DNA of 64,000 bases from assembly GCA_012523135.1 (NCBI GenBank), contig JAAYJD010000142.1:27294-91293 (forward strand), in the 5' to 3' direction. Origin of the DNA: Clostridiaceae bacterium. GTDB lineage: Bacteria; Bacillota; Clostridia; Saccharofermentanales; UBA5734. The translations under genes and the position numbers were made by a program. This document shows, in pieces, positions 27,710 through 38,319 of this stretch (the stretch's first letter is position 1; each line of letters begins with the position of its first letter). Below the pieces are notes generated by a model. The model had not been told where the DNA came from and ran no database searches. It was given only the letters and a program-made list of their open reading frames with translations.

Positions 27710-28588
27710 ATGAAAATTGGTGCTTTTGCAAAAATGAACCATGTGACGGCAAAGATGCTGCGCTATTACGACCGAATCGGTTTGCTACAGCCGTCTCGCG
27801 TGGACGAGCAGACCGGCTACCGCGTCTACGACGCCGCGCAGTCTGCCGTTCTGAACTGGATACTCATCCTGAAAAACCTGGATTTTTCGCTGCTGAAGAT
27901 CCGCCGGATGCTCAGCGGCCCTGTCGACAGCGCCGAGATCATCCGCCAGCTCGTGCAAAAGCGCATCGATTTCATCGCGCTCCAAAACGACTACATCCAA
28001 AAAAAGATCCAGATCGACCAGCTGATCCACACATTGGAAAGAGAGGGCTTCCAAGTGAAAAAAGAACTCGATTTGCTGCAGATAGACGCGGAATCAGTCC
28101 GCGAAATGAAAAAGAACATGCCCGACATGGACATGTTTCTCGAGCAGATCCGCGACGTGGCGGCATCGTTTCGCGACGAGGACACGGTCGCGATCATGCG
28201 CTTCGATATCGCACACTTCAAGCAGATCAACGATGCCTTCGGCTTTGATGTCGGCGACCACGTCATCGTCGCCTGCTATCAGCTGATTTCCCGTCACGCC
28301 GAAAAGGCCTTGGCGTTTCCGGTTATCGGACGGGCTGGCGGCGACGAGTTCATTGTCTTCGCCAAGGCGGGAGCCGACGAGACAAGAGCTGCCGCCCGGG
28401 TGATCGTGACCGCGTTATCCGCGCATGACTTCGCCCCGTCCGGCTGTCCGCTCGCCATAGGCGGATACATCGGCGGATTGTGCAGCCAGGACAAGCGCCT
28501 GATCACGATCCGCAAGATGATCGAGTCGTCGATTGACTGCTTGCAGAAAGCCCGTGAAGCCGGCGTGAATTCGGTGTACATCCAATAG
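27710..28588 (+). CDS. MerR-family HTH fused to a GGDEF (diguanylate cyclase) domain
   Basis: The N-terminus is MKIGAFAKMNHVTAKMLRYYDRIGLL...GYRVYD. The C-terminus is FDIAHFKQINDAFGFDVGD...GRAGGDEFIVF. The ATG at 27710 lies 7 nt after an AGGAG, and 27704 is also possible. The gene ends in TAG. Confidence 0.85.
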   Translation: MKIGAFAKMNHVTAKMLRYYDRIGLLQPSRVDEQTGYRVYDAAQSAVLNWILILKNLDFSLLKIRRMLSGPVDSAEIIRQLVQKRIDFIALQNDYIQKKIQIDQLIHTLEREGFQVKKELDLLQIDAESVREMKKNMPDMDMFLEQIRDVAASFRDEDTVAIMRFDIAHFKQINDAFGFDVGDHVIVACYQLISRHAEKALAFPVIGRAGGDEFIVFAKAGADETRAAARVIVTALSAHDFAPSGCPLAIGGYIGGLCSQDKRLITIRKMIESSIDCLQKAREAGVNSVYIQ

Positions 28589-28624
28589 CTTAGACCGCTT
28601 TGAGATGATTAGGAGGGATTGGAC

Positions 28625-28972
28625 ATGCAGGACGGCTTTTCCGAGGTAAAACTGTTTCAGGTGCATCCGGACAAGACAGCGGAATTCGAAATGCTCATCC
28701 GCCAGGTTGCGGCGGAGCAGCAGCTGCAGCCCGGCTGCCGCGACATCCGCTGCATTAAGCGCTTTTTCACGATCGACGGCGTTGAGCCGGGACAGCCGCC
28801 CAGGGAACTGACCCGGGTCGTCAAATGCGTCAAATACTACGCGTACTGGGAATTTGACAGCAAGGAGAGCTACGGAAAAGCGATCGCCTGGTTTTTCGAC
28901 CGCTATGGCAAGCAGATCATGAAGCTGCTGATCATGCCGTTCGACATCCATTGCGGCGATCGCATCGCCTGA
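28625..28972 (+). CDS. small hypothetical protein, possibly ABM/Dabb-like fold
   Basis: 115 aa behind an AGGAGGG RBS, 37 nt after the MerR-GGDEF stop. The fold guess rests only on size and an alternating beta-alpha-like pattern. Confidence 0.5.
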   Translation: MQDGFSEVKLFQVHPDKTAEFEMLIRQVAAEQQLQPGCRDIRCIKRFFTIDGVEPGQPPRELTRVVKCVKYYAYWEFDSKESYGKAIAWFFDRYGKQIMKLLIMPFDIHCGDRIA

Positions 28973-28989
28973 AGCGTTCAGTGCGTGGC

Positions 28990-29754
28990 TTAGGCCGGCG
29001 GCAGGTTCTGGTAGCGGCGGATGTTGTCGTCGCTGAGAAACTCGTAGGCGTCGTTAATCTCCTGGAATTGCCGGGTGGCCTGCGGATCCTTGTTCAGGTC
29101 CGGGTGGTAGCGCTTGGCCTGGCGCCGGTACGCCAGCTTGATCTTGTTTGAATCGGCATTCGTGGGGACGCCTAGAATTGCGCAGCTCTTCTCGAACTTG
29201 GTTTTGAACTCGGTATAGGGATTGGCTGTACCTGGACCTGGACCTGCCTGCTGGTATTGCCAGCCTTGCTGGTGCCATTGCCGAAAGCGCTCTTCCCAGG
29301 CCCGCTGCTGCTGCTCGCGGCGCTCCTGTTCGCGGCGGGCAGCATCTTCCTCGGCCTGCCGATGGGCCTGACGAAAAGTGTTGTAAGACCGGTACGGGTG
29401 TTCGTCCGGTGACTGGAGATGGGCGGCCAGGTTGAGCAGGTAGGCCGTGCAGATGGCCCGGTATGCAGACAGGGCGCTGCTGAACGCCGCCCCCAGGATG
29501 GGGAAGAAGAGCAAAACCAGCAAGGCTGCCAGCACGGCAGGATGGCTGAACAGCCAGGCGCCGACCGGTCCGACCAGCAAAAAGACAGCCAGGCAGCCGC
29601 CCATGCTGACCAGGAGGGCACAGCCCCGGATAAAGCTTTTGGCCAGCAGGATGCCCGTTTCCAGCAGGGAAACCAGGCCGCCCAGCAGAAACGCCTGGGC
29701 GCTGGCCAGGCCCTTAATCGCCTTTCCCACCCATTTCCGGATTGCATTTGCCAT
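28990..29754 (-). CDS. membrane protein with C-terminal J domain
   Basis: It has about 4 TM helices, a Q/E/R-rich linker, then ILGVP...[20 protein letters not shown]...[11 protein letters not shown] with the HPD motif. The start is trimmed to the ATG at 29754 behind a GGAGG. Confidence 0.75.
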   Translation of the reverse strand: MANAIRKWVGKAIKGLASAQAFLLGGLVSLLETGILLAKSFIRGCALLVSMGGCLAVFLLVGPVGAWLFSHPAVLAALLVLLFFPILGAAFSSALSAYRAICTAYLLNLAAHLQSPDEHPYRSYNTFRQAHRQAEEDAARREQERREQQQRAWEERFRQWHQQGWQYQQAGPGPGTANPYTEFKTKFEKSCAILGVPTNADSNKIKLAYRRQAKRYHPDLNKDPQATRQFQEINDAYEFLSDDNIRRYQNLPPA

Positions 29755-29911
29755 TGCCTTGCCTCCACACATGTCGCGCTGCCCCTCATTGTACACGTTT
29801 TGGGCGGCCATGGCGATGGATCCGCCGGAAAGTGTATAATGAAAATGGCCGCAGGGCGGCAAGCCGCTGCGGCCGGAAACAGGTCTGCTATTTGGCGTCG
29901 GGAGGTCGCGT

Positions 29912-30547
29912 ATGGCCATCGTCTGGTTGTTTTTGTTTCTGGCTGACCTCTCCGTGAATCTTTTTGCCGCGTCGCACCGGACCTTGACCAAGTGCCTGCT
30001 GATCCCGTTGCTGGCCGCCTATTACGTGGCCGCGGCCGGCGAGATGGCTCCGCTTGTCCTGCTGGCCCTGGCCGCTTCCTGGCTCGGCGACTGCCTGCTG
30101 GAGATCAAAGGCAAGCCGTTTTCGTTTATCACCGGCCTGCTGGCCTTTCTCACGGCGCACATCCTCTATACGGCTGCTTTTCTGCGCGACACCCGGCTTC
30201 CGGACCATCCGGGGCTCGTCATCCCCTTGCTGATCCTGCCCTACGGCGTCTATATCTTTTTGCTCTACCGTGCCCTGCGCGCGCACCTGGGTGAGAAGAA
30301 ACCGCTGATCCTGCTTTATGGCCTCGCGATCAGCCTGATGAGCCTGGCGGCCCTGCTGCGCGCCTGGCCTCCAGCGGCCCTCATCAACGGATTGACTTTC
30401 CTGGGCTCCGCCTGCTTCATCTGTTCAGATTCGATCCTGGCTGTCAACATCTTCCGCGGCCGGACCCGGTTGGGGCACATCTGGATCATGGTGACGTACG
30501 CTGCCGCGCAGCTGTTGATCGTCGTCAGCCTGGTGACCGGAACCTGA
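29912..30547 (+). CDS. YhhN-family lysoplasmalogenase-like membrane protein
   Basis: 211-aa polytopic protein with WLGDCLLE and AFLTAHILY blocks. Confidence 0.75.
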   Translation: MAIVWLFLFLADLSVNLFAASHRTLTKCLLIPLLAAYYVAAAGEMAPLVLLALAASWLGDCLLEIKGKPFSFITGLLAFLTAHILYTAAFLRDTRLPDHPGLVIPLLILPYGVYIFLLYRALRAHLGEKKPLILLYGLAISLMSLAALLRAWPPAALINGLTFLGSACFICSDSILAVNIFRGRTRLGHIWIMVTYAAAQLLIVVSLVTGT

Positions 30548-30551
30548 CCGC

Positions 30552-31862
30552 TCATTCGCCGGCGGGGTTTTCCAGGATGCCGACGAACAGGGGCAGACCG
30601 GTTTTGGTATCCAGGATGCCATACAGGAACGGACGGTCGAAGACCAGCTCGACATCGCCGATGACGGCGCTTTCATCGATGGCGACTGAGGTGGCCGCGG
30701 CCGCTTCGGTCCCTTTCTCATCGACCCGGATCACGGTCTTGTGCCGGACTTCGCTGATATAGAGACCTTTGCTGCGCGCCTCATTCAGGCGGGAGAAGTC
30801 GGCGCGCCCGCCGTCGAAAGCGATACCCATGCCCAGTGTCTGCAGTTCGTTGTTCAGCACATCATCGTAGCTTACGTCGTATTTCGGCAAAGCCAGGCTG
30901 ACCGTGAAGTTGGCCTTTTGCGCCATCCAGAGGCCGATCTGGCTGAAAAGTTCGGCTGGATCCTGCTGCGCCAGCCAGCTGCGCGGGCCCTGGCCGTTAT
31001 CCGGCAGCAGGGCAAAGTAGGCAAACTGGGTGTTGCTGTAGGGAAGGGCGACCCCGGTCGCGTCCCGCCCGGTGAAATAGGTCATCGGGGCGGTCCGGTG
31101 CATGAAATCGACCTCGATTTCGCCATCCGGCGTTTGGAACGTTTGCGGCCGGGTGTCGTGCTTGAGAAACGGCTCCAGCCAGTCGGCTTTGAAGTAGACC
31201 GTGTTGATCAGGTACATGACGGTCGTCGGGTTGATCTTGTCGACGATTTTCTCGATCAGGCCCATCGTCTCCTGTTCGACCCAACCGTTGATCGCCTCGA
31301 CCGCGCTGTCGCTGGCAAAGTCCAGGCTGCGTGCACCGGCGCCGTAGTAGTCGGCATTGGCTTGCAGGAAGGGCTGGAACGGCTTGAACCCCTGCCGGAA
31401 CCAGATCGAGTTGGCGATGGAAATATGGGTTTTCGGTTCGGATTTTTCCAGCAGTCCGATCAGGTCGCGGCTGATCGCGTTGACCTGGTCGATGGTGAGC
31501 GTGCCGTCGGTCAGGACCTTGAGCATGTCGGTGCGGGTGTCGCCATCGGCTCCGTTGACGGTCATGGCCAGCGCCAGGAAAACGGACAGCGGCGAAACCA
31601 TCAGGTTGCCCTTGTTCTGGCCGGATTCCAAAAGAAGGTTGGCGGAAAAGCGGCTGATGCCAGCCAGCGTGCCCGGTTCGGGGACCTGGATTGCCCCCTG
31701 GTTCGGGGCCGCCCGCACGGCAGCCATCAAGTCCTCGCCGCCGACCGAGACCGCCCCGGTCGAGGTCGGACTCGTCCCGCTGCCCGGCGCCGCTGTGCAG
31801 CCGGCCAGCAACAGGCCCGTGATCGCCAGAATCGCGATCAAGCGGATATGAATGTGTTTCAT
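30552..31862 (-). CDS. serpin-family protease inhibitor, lipoprotein
   Basis: It has a lipobox LLAGC, the serpin core (MVSPLSVFLALAM...), a hinge EKGTEAAAATSV and a C-terminal FDRPFLY. The RBS is GGAGGTG. Confidence 0.85.
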   Translation of the reverse strand: MKHIHIRLIAILAITGLLLAGCTAAPGSGTSPTSTGAVSVGGEDLMAAVRAAPNQGAIQVPEPGTLAGISRFSANLLLESGQNKGNLMVSPLSVFLALAMTVNGADGDTRTDMLKVLTDGTLTIDQVNAISRDLIGLLEKSEPKTHISIANSIWFRQGFKPFQPFLQANADYYGAGARSLDFASDSAVEAINGWVEQETMGLIEKIVDKINPTTVMYLINTVYFKADWLEPFLKHDTRPQTFQTPDGEIEVDFMHRTAPMTYFTGRDATGVALPYSNTQFAYFALLPDNGQGPRSWLAQQDPAELFSQIGLWMAQKANFTVSLALPKYDVSYDDVLNNELQTLGMGIAFDGGRADFSRLNEARSKGLYISEVRHKTVIRVDEKGTEAAAATSVAIDESAVIGDVELVFDRPFLYGILDTKTGLPLFVGILENPAGE

Positions 31863-32031
31863 GAGCTCACCTCCAGGGATATGGATCTTGGCAGCTTCTC
31901 TTCATTTAGACGCTGTGCATCCGAATATGTTCGATTTTCCCAGGGCCTCTTTACAAGACAGGCCGTCTGTCTCAAGATAGGGGAAAGGCGGCGTAGCCAT
32001 CCGGCCAAAAAGCGCTGCATGGGGAGCGAAG

Positions 32032-32697
32032 ATGGATTCGGGTTCGGAATATGTGTATACGGTCAACATCTGGTCTCATACGCTCGAGCTGCACACGCAG
32101 CCCAACCTGTTTTCGCCGCGCGGCCCGGATGCCGGAACGTTGGCCATGCTGGAAAAAGTGCAGCTCCAGCCCGATGATCGCGTCCTGGACCTTGGCTGCG
32201 GCTATGGCCTGGTCGGGCTGGCGGTCGCCGCCCGGCTTGGCCCCCAGGCGGTCGTGCTGCTTGACAACGATCCGCTTGCCGTCCAGGCTGCCCGCCGGAA
32301 CGCGGCCGCCAATCGGCTGGGTGAGCTCCTGATCGCAGCAGGCGACGGACCGGCAGCCGTCTGGCCGCGCACCTTTTCCCTGATCCTGTGCAACCCGCCG
32401 TACCACACGGACTTTTCGGTCGCCAGGCGATTGCTGGAGCAAAGCTTCGCACAGCTCGACGCGGGCGGCCGGCTCTACCTGGTGGTCAAACGGCTGGACT
32501 GGTACCGCAACAAGCTCTCCAGCCTGTTCGGCGGCGTGACCGTCATGCCGGTGAACAGCTATTTCGTGCTGCTGGCGGTGAAGCGCGACCGGCAGGTGGC
32601 GCCTGAACCGGCTGTAACCACGCGCAAGCATGCGCAGCGGCAGGAACGGGCGACGTTAAAGAAGCGCCGCCGGCCGCGCAAAAAAGGCGAGGCTTGA
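32032..32697 (+). CDS. class I SAM-dependent methyltransferase (RsmC/MTS small-domain type)
   Basis: It has VLDLGCGYG and the NPPYH motif (ILCNPPYH), with a basic C-terminal tail. Confidence 0.8.
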   Translation: MDSGSEYVYTVNIWSHTLELHTQPNLFSPRGPDAGTLAMLEKVQLQPDDRVLDLGCGYGLVGLAVAARLGPQAVVLLDNDPLAVQAARRNAAANRLGELLIAAGDGPAAVWPRTFSLILCNPPYHTDFSVARRLLEQSFAQLDAGGRLYLVVKRLDWYRNKLSSLFGGVTVMPVNSYFVLLAVKRDRQVAPEPAVTTRKHAQRQERATLKKRRRPRKKGEA

Positions 32698-32729
32698 AGC
32701 CCCGCCTTGATTTGCCTGCCGCGAACAGC

Positions 32730-32951
32730 TCAGACGTTGGTCTGAGGCAGATCCTTGACTTCGAAAAAACTATTCAGTTCATCGAGCAGCAGATCACAGT
32801 CCAGCCCGTGCACGGCACAGGCTTCTTCGATTGTTTCACCAGATGCCATCGCACAGCCCAGGCAATGCAGACCATTGCGGAAAAAGATCGGGATTGTGCC
32901 GCGATCCATGTTGAGGACATCTGAGATAATCATGTCACTGGTAACAACCAT
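32730..32951 (-). CDS. DUF1858 / hybrid-cluster-protein-associated redox disulfide domain protein
   Basis: 73 aa with ...ISDVL......IFFRNGLHCLGCAMASGETIEEAC..HG. Confidence 0.75.
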   Translation of the reverse strand: MVVTSDMIISDVLNMDRGTIPIFFRNGLHCLGCAMASGETIEEACAVHGLDCDLLLDELNSFFEVKDLPQTNV

Positions 32952-33076
32952 TTTTTACGCCTCCCATCAGCAAATGAAAACTAGTGCCTATTGTAACGGA
33001 TGTTCGGACCGGATACAATGCCGTACGTTACAAAATATGGCCGCAGTCGGCCGCTTCGGTCGGACTCTGGCACCGA

Positions 33077-33961
33077 TCAGGAGATCTTTGCCGGCTTTTC
33101 CAGCTCGTCCGGGTGTTCCAGGAAGAAGCGGAACCGTTTCAGGGAGCGGGCAAAATAGAAGCCGTCGCTGATGCGCTCGTCGAGGGTGATGGCGACATTG
33201 ACAAAATCCCGCACCGTGACCTGACCGTCCGCACCCACGGCCGGCGCGCGCTCGGCCACCCCGATGGTCATGAACACCGATGTCGTCCCCCACTCGTACA
33301 GGTGGTGGAACGGGGCGTCGATGCCCAGGCTGCCCAGGTTGGACAGCCAGATCGAGCTGTGCATCGGATCGAGCTCGCAGACAAACCGCGGCAGCCAGCC
33401 GTGGTAGTCCAGCCAGGAGAGAAAACCCACCAGGCCCCGCAGCAGGATACGCGGCATGTTCATCAGGTAATTGAACCAGTTGACGATGCCGTTGCGCTGC
33501 TTGTCATCGTCTTTGGCCGCTTTGCGCACCTTTTTGACTTCGTCCGCGATGCGCTCGGCAATACTCGACAAGGTGTCGTCGGGCTGGAATTTCATGACCG
33601 CGATTTCTTCGTTGCTGTCGTCCTTGAATTCGCGCTTGATCACAAAGGCGCAGGACAGGTCATGGCGCTGGTACACGCGCCGCCCGATGACAAACCGGTT
33701 GATCTGCGGCCGCTCGTTGACGGTCCGGATCAGCGCGGTCAGAACCGCGTGAAACAAAGTCGCCTTGCTGCCTTCACCGGTTGCGGCTGCCGTTCGGTTT
33801 TTTTCGTTCAGCCAGGCTTTCAGCTCGGTGATGTCGATGCGCTGGTTGAAATAGATGGCTGATTCGTTGCGCCCCTTCATGATGTATGGAAAAAAGCGCA
33901 TAAACGGGTCGATATGTTTCAAATACGTGCCGTCAGGCCTGCTGAACCATTTTTTTCCCAC
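33077..33961 (-). CDS. 2-oxoacid dehydrogenase acyltransferase catalytic-domain-like protein (stand-alone)
   Basis: 294 aa ending in ...VAITLDERISDGFYFARSL, a variant of the DHRxxDG catalytic block. It has a GTG start behind an AGGAGG. Confidence 0.6.
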   Translation of the reverse strand: MGKKWFSRPDGTYLKHIDPFMRFFPYIMKGRNESAIYFNQRIDITELKAWLNEKNRTAAATGEGSKATLFHAVLTALIRTVNERPQINRFVIGRRVYQRHDLSCAFVIKREFKDDSNEEIAVMKFQPDDTLSSIAERIADEVKKVRKAAKDDDKQRNGIVNWFNYLMNMPRILLRGLVGFLSWLDYHGWLPRFVCELDPMHSSIWLSNLGSLGIDAPFHHLYEWGTTSVFMTIGVAERAPAVGADGQVTVRDFVNVAITLDERISDGFYFARSLKRFRFFLEHPDELEKPAKIS

Positions 33962-34066
33962 CGGCTGACCTCCTCATATGCTGGAACCTGCTGATCGGCG
34001 ACTTGGGTTTTTCGCCCGCGCAGATCAAGTCTTTGGTCATTTTATCACATGAGGCGGCAGATGACA

Positions 34067-34771
34067 TCATCTTTTGCCTTTCAAAGCAATTTTACGTTTG
34101 CTTTTTTTGTCATGGCCTGGCGGCTCCGGTTTGAGAACGGGTGCCAGGAACTGGCCCAGGCCGATCAGGAAAACACCGGCTGCCGTCACGACCTCTGCCG
34201 GGCTGATCGTCGGCAGGGCGGCCAGGCCGGTTTGCCGCAGCCAGGGGGTATACCAGATCTGGCCAAGCCAGGCCAGCGGCGTGGCCTCGCCGGCGATGCG
34301 CAGGAAAACAAAAGCCTGGTTTCGGATTCCGGCGCTGAAAGCCGGGCTCATATCCAGTGTCAGCAGGGCTTCCGGAACCGGCCAGGTCGCCTGGTTGGCG
34401 ACCAGGACCGCGGCTTCGCCGGCCAGCCCGATCAGGGCGGGCAGCAGCAGCACCTTCTGCACGGCGGTCAACCCCGGCGTCTTCCGGCCGGGAAACCAGG
34501 CAGCGGGCAGGAGGTTCAGGACGAAAAGCAGTATCCAGACGGCTGAGCGCAGGACGATCAGGGCGATAATCAGGCTGCGGTCGCCAGACCAGATCTGCTC
34601 CGGATGGCGCTGCCATAAAACGAAGGGCAGCACCGAAACGAGAATGGCCGGAACCAGCAAGCCAAGTCCCCGCCAGCGTTCGGCCAGCAACGGACGCAGC
34701 CGGCGCCGTCCCGCCAGACCCGCGAGCAGGCCGGCGGCCAGGGCGGCCAGGTATAACGCACCCTTGTCCAC
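34067..34771 (-). CDS. hypothetical polytopic membrane protein (DUF5317-like?)
   Basis: 234 aa with about 7 TM segments. Its GTG start lies 4 nt after the leuS stop, so it is probably co-transcribed. Confidence 0.55.
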   Translation of the reverse strand: MDKGALYLAALAAGLLAGLAGRRRLRPLLAERWRGLGLLVPAILVSVLPFVLWQRHPEQIWSGDRSLIIALIVLRSAVWILLFVLNLLPAAWFPGRKTPGLTAVQKVLLLPALIGLAGEAAVLVANQATWPVPEALLTLDMSPAFSAGIRNQAFVFLRIAGEATPLAWLGQIWYTPWLRQTGLAALPTISPAEVVTAAGVFLIGLGQFLAPVLKPEPPGHDKKSKRKIALKGKR

Positions 34772-34775
34772 GGCC

Positions 34776-37244
34776 TCAGCGGACGACCAGGTTGACCAGG
34801 CGGTTCGGGACGTAGATGAACTTCAGCAGCTTTTTGCCTTCGAGCAGCGGGCTGGTCCTGGGCTCGGCCATGACCAGGGTTTCGACGGCGGCGCGGTCCG
34901 ATCCGCTGGGGATGTCCAGCCGGTAGCGGATGGACCCGTTGACCTGAATGGCGATCTCGACAGTATCGCGGACCAGGGCGGCCGGATCGGAGACGGGCCA
35001 GCGCTCGTTGAAGATCGATGCTGCAAAACCGAGCTTCTCCCACTGCTCTTCGCAGAAGTGCGGCGCAAACGGCGCCATCAAACGGACCAGATCCTCAATG
35101 GTCTCGCGCAGCAAGGCCGGCTGCATGGCCGCCATGCCCTGGTACTGGCCAAGGGCGTTCAGCAGCTCCATCATGCGGGAAATCGAGGTGTTGAACTGGA
35201 AGCGCTCCGCATCCTGGGTGACGGCACGGATCGCGTAATGGCGGGCATAGAGAAGCTCGCGGGCAGGCGAATCCTTTTGCCACGAACCGCCGGGTGCGAT
35301 GGACGCGGCATCGTCGCCCAGGCGTTCCACGCGGCCGACGAACTTGGCGATCGCCTTGACGCCGTCGTCGTTCCAGGGGCCACCCTCCGTATAGGCAAAG
35401 CCGAAGCCCAGGTACATGCGGAAGACATCGGAGCCGTGACGCAGGATGTAGTCGTCCGGCGAGATGGTGTTGCCGCGTGATTTGGACATCTTCTGGCCGT
35501 CGGCACCAAGAATGGTGCCCTGGTGGACCAGGGATGAAAACGGTTCGTCAAAATCGAGATAGCCCATGTCGCGCAGCGCCTTGGTGACAAAGCGGGCATA
35601 GAGCAGATGCATGGCCGCGTGCTCCGCGCCGCCGATATACTTGTCGACCGGGCACATGCGGTTGACCTTTTCGCGGCTGAAGGGCGCCTGGCTGTTTTTG
35701 TTGTCCACATAGCGGAACTGGTACCAGCTGGAGCAGACAAACGTGTCCAGCGTGTCGGGGTCGCGGAGCGCCGGACCGCCGCAGGTCGGGCAGGTCGTCT
35801 CCATGAAGCGCCTGTTTTTCTTGAGCGGCGACTCGCCGTCCGGTGTGAACGCCACATCGTAGGGCAGCTCGACCGGCAGCTGATCTTCAGGAACCGCCAC
35901 CACGCCGCAGGCGGAGCAGTGCACAACCGGGATCGGCGTGCCCCAGTAGCGCTGGCGGCTGACCAGCCAGTCGCGCAGGCGGTAGTTGACCTTGAGCTGG
36001 CCTTTGCCCTGCGGGCCCAGATCGGCCAGGATCGCGGCGATCGCGTCGCCTGATGTCAGGCCGGTGTAGGCGCCGCTGTCCGTGAGCACCCCCATGGCGG
36101 TGAACGGCAGCTCGTCCGGCGAGCCGTCTGCTGCGCGGATCACGCGCTTGATCGGGAGACCGAAGCGTTCGGCAAAAGCAAAATCGCGCTCGTCGTGCCC
36201 GGGCACGGCCATGACGACGCCGGTGCCGTAACCGGCCAGGACATAATCGGCAGCCCAGATCGGAACCCGGTCGCCGCTGACCGGATGAATGGCGTAGGAT
36301 CCGGTGAAAACGCCGGTTTTTTCACGCACGGTGGACAGCCGCTCGATCTCGGAGGCCTTGCCGGTCTGCTCCTGGTAGGCGGTGACCTCGGTGCGGCAGG
36401 CTTCGGTTGTCAGCAGGTCGCACAGCTCGCTTTCCGGTGCCACCACGACATAGGTGACGCCCATCAGGGTGTCGGTGCGCGTCGTGAACACCGTCAGGGA
36501 GAGCGCCTGGCCATCCGGACCCAAGACCGGCCGGCCGTCTTTCTCAGCGCCGAAAACCAGTTCGGCGCCCTCCGAGCGGCCGATCCAGTTGGTCTGGATC
36601 TTTTTCGTTTTGTCCGGCCAGTCCAGTTCGGGCAGCTTGTCGAGCAGCTCCTGGGCATAGTCGGTGATTTTGAAAAACCACTGGGTCAGGTTTTTGCGCG
36701 CGACTTCGGTCTCGCAGCGTTCGCAGGCGCCGTCGACCACCTGCTCGTTGGCCAGGACCGTGTTGCAGCGCGGACACCAGTTGACCGGCGCGTTCTTGCG
36801 ATAAGCCAGTCCCTTTTGATACAGCTGCAAGAACAGCCACTGGTTCCAGCGGTAGTAATCGGGCAGGCAGGTCGCCAGCTCGTGGTCCCAGTCGAACATG
36901 CCGCCCATTTCCCGCAGCTGCTTTTCCATCGTCTTGATGTTGGCCAGGGTACTGTCCTGGGGATGAATGCCGGTCTTGATCGCGTAGTTCTCTGCCGGCA
37001 GGCCGAAAGCGTCAAAACCCATCGGCTGAAACACCTCGTAGCCCTGCATGCGTTTCATGCGGGCCCAGGAATCGGACAATGCGTAGTTATACCAGTGGCC
37101 GACATGCAGATTGGCTCCGGAGGGATAGGAGAACATCTCGAGCACATAAAGCTTGCGATCCACGTGTTCGGGATGGAAGCGGTTCAGTCCGCTTTCTTCC
37201 CATTTCTGCTGCCATTTGCGGTCGATGTCGACGGAGTATGCCAT
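34776..37244 (-). CDS. leuS: leucine--tRNA ligase
   Basis: It has the HIGH-type motif (NLHVGHW), KMSKS (QKMSKSRGN) and a CP1 editing domain. The start is trimmed to [12 protein letters not shown] behind an AAGAGG. Confidence 0.95.
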   Translation of the reverse strand: MAYSVDIDRKWQQKWEESGLNRFHPEHVDRKLYVLEMFSYPSGANLHVGHWYNYALSDSWARMKRMQGYEVFQPMGFDAFGLPAENYAIKTGIHPQDSTLANIKTMEKQLREMGGMFDWDHELATCLPDYYRWNQWLFLQLYQKGLAYRKNAPVNWCPRCNTVLANEQVVDGACERCETEVARKNLTQWFFKITDYAQELLDKLPELDWPDKTKKIQTNWIGRSEGAELVFGAEKDGRPVLGPDGQALSLTVFTTRTDTLMGVTYVVVAPESELCDLLTTEACRTEVTAYQEQTGKASEIERLSTVREKTGVFTGSYAIHPVSGDRVPIWAADYVLAGYGTGVVMAVPGHDERDFAFAERFGLPIKRVIRAADGSPDELPFTAMGVLTDSGAYTGLTSGDAIAAILADLGPQGKGQLKVNYRLRDWLVSRQRYWGTPIPVVHCSACGVVAVPEDQLPVELPYDVAFTPDGESPLKKNRRFMETTCPTCGGPALRDPDTLDTFVCSSWYQFRYVDNKNSQAPFSREKVNRMCPVDKYIGGAEHAAMHLLYARFVTKALRDMGYLDFDEPFSSLVHQGTILGADGQKMSKSRGNTISPDDYILRHGSDVFRMYLGFGFAYTEGGPWNDDGVKAIAKFVGRVERLGDDAASIAPGGSWQKDSPARELLYARHYAIRAVTQDAERFQFNTSISRMMELLNALGQYQGMAAMQPALLRETIEDLVRLMAPFAPHFCEEQWEKLGFAASIFNERWPVSDPAALVRDTVEIAIQVNGSIRYRLDIPSGSDRAAVETLVMAEPRTSPLLEGKKLLKFIYVPNRLVNLVVR

Positions 37245-37306
37245 GCTGATTACCTCTTTCCCAGCCCATGTTTGCCCTATTTTAACAGATTGCCGGCCTG
37301 ATTTCA

Positions 37307-38131
37307 TCAAGGGAGAAGGGAGCGCAGGAGCGACAACAGGAAAATGTGCAGCGGGTAAAAGACATAGAAGAAATACTTCAGGACCGGTCCGGGCCGGCGC
37401 TCCTTGTCAAAACGCAGGCAGAGGGGCAGGGCCAGAACCGACAGGCACTGCAGGATCGTCCAGTCCAGCGGCCAGTGCATCAGGAACAAGCGCACCGGGA
37501 TGAACAGCGCGTTGAGCAGGATGAAGAATTGAACCGATCGCTTGAGCTGGTCTTCAGGCTCGGCCTGCTCCTGGATGACATGGAAGAGGAGAACCGCCGC
37601 CAGCCCATAGAACCCGTAGTCGGGCTTGAGCCAGAGCGCGGCGCCGGCCGCGGCCAGGATCGCCAGGATGCCGACCGGCAGCCCGATGCGCGGATCCAGC
37701 GACAGGCCGCGCGGATTCAGGCGTACGTCATAGCGCGGCGGCGTGGGCGCCGTGTGCGCCGTCGGTGAGATCGGGCGCAGGCTGGCGATCATGTCCCAGA
37801 AGGAACGCGTGGCCAGGCTGTAGCCAGACAGGACAACCAGCGCCAGGGCGAACGTGACCATCACGTTCGTTCCGTCCAGGTTCAGGCCGATCAGGGCATG
37901 GCCGGCCCGGATGATGACTTCCGAAACGACCGCAAACGCGCACATGCGGATAAAATAGCGCAGCGGGTTGCGCGTACGGGTGTAGCCTCTGGCCACGAGC
38001 CAGGCAAAAACGGGGAAGGCCAGTCGTCCGGCGGCGCGCATCACCACCGCCAGGCCTGGCGGCAGCCGATCGGCGAAATAAAAGCCGACATGGTCGATGA
38101 GCATCAGGAGACAGGCGATCAGCTTGAGCAT
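37307..38131 (-). CDS. TraX family membrane protein
   Basis: [19 protein letters not shown]... polytopic, 274 aa. Confidence 0.8.
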   Translation of the reverse strand: MLKLIACLLMLIDHVGFYFADRLPPGLAVVMRAAGRLAFPVFAWLVARGYTRTRNPLRYFIRMCAFAVVSEVIIRAGHALIGLNLDGTNVMVTFALALVVLSGYSLATRSFWDMIASLRPISPTAHTAPTPPRYDVRLNPRGLSLDPRIGLPVGILAILAAAGAALWLKPDYGFYGLAAVLLFHVIQEQAEPEDQLKRSVQFFILLNALFIPVRLFLMHWPLDWTILQCLSVLALPLCLRFDKERRPGPVLKYFFYVFYPLHIFLLSLLRSLLP

Positions 38132-38319
38132 GCACGAAAGATCCTTTCCGGGTTTAACCGGCCGGTTCGGGGGCCGAATCGTGTTGATAATCTCGTGAAC
38201 CTATTGTATCATTGTAACGCAGTGTTCACAAAGATATTGTCAGCTGGGGCCGCTGCGCGGACGGATGTCCGGTCCGCACGGGCTGTCCAGCTGATTTCAT
38301 ACATGAAAGAGGTTGTCAT

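Noticed and set aside
27409-28248. A 279-aa plus-strand ORF overlapping the MerR-GGDEF gene.
   Set aside because: The translation is Arg/Pro/His-rich and out of frame with a gene that has two clear conserved domains.
21288-28972. The claim that the whole 21.3-29 kb block is horizontally acquired.
   Set aside because: My hand counts of single 60-nt lines scatter widely (33-67 % GC) and overlap the core-gene values. Only 18.9-21.3 kb is clearly deviant without a computed sliding-window profile.
37245-37306. An expected T-box leader upstream of leuS.
   Set aside because: Only 62 nt separate the leuS start from the stop of traX, which is too short for a T-box. leuS is probably read through from upstream or has a compact promoter.
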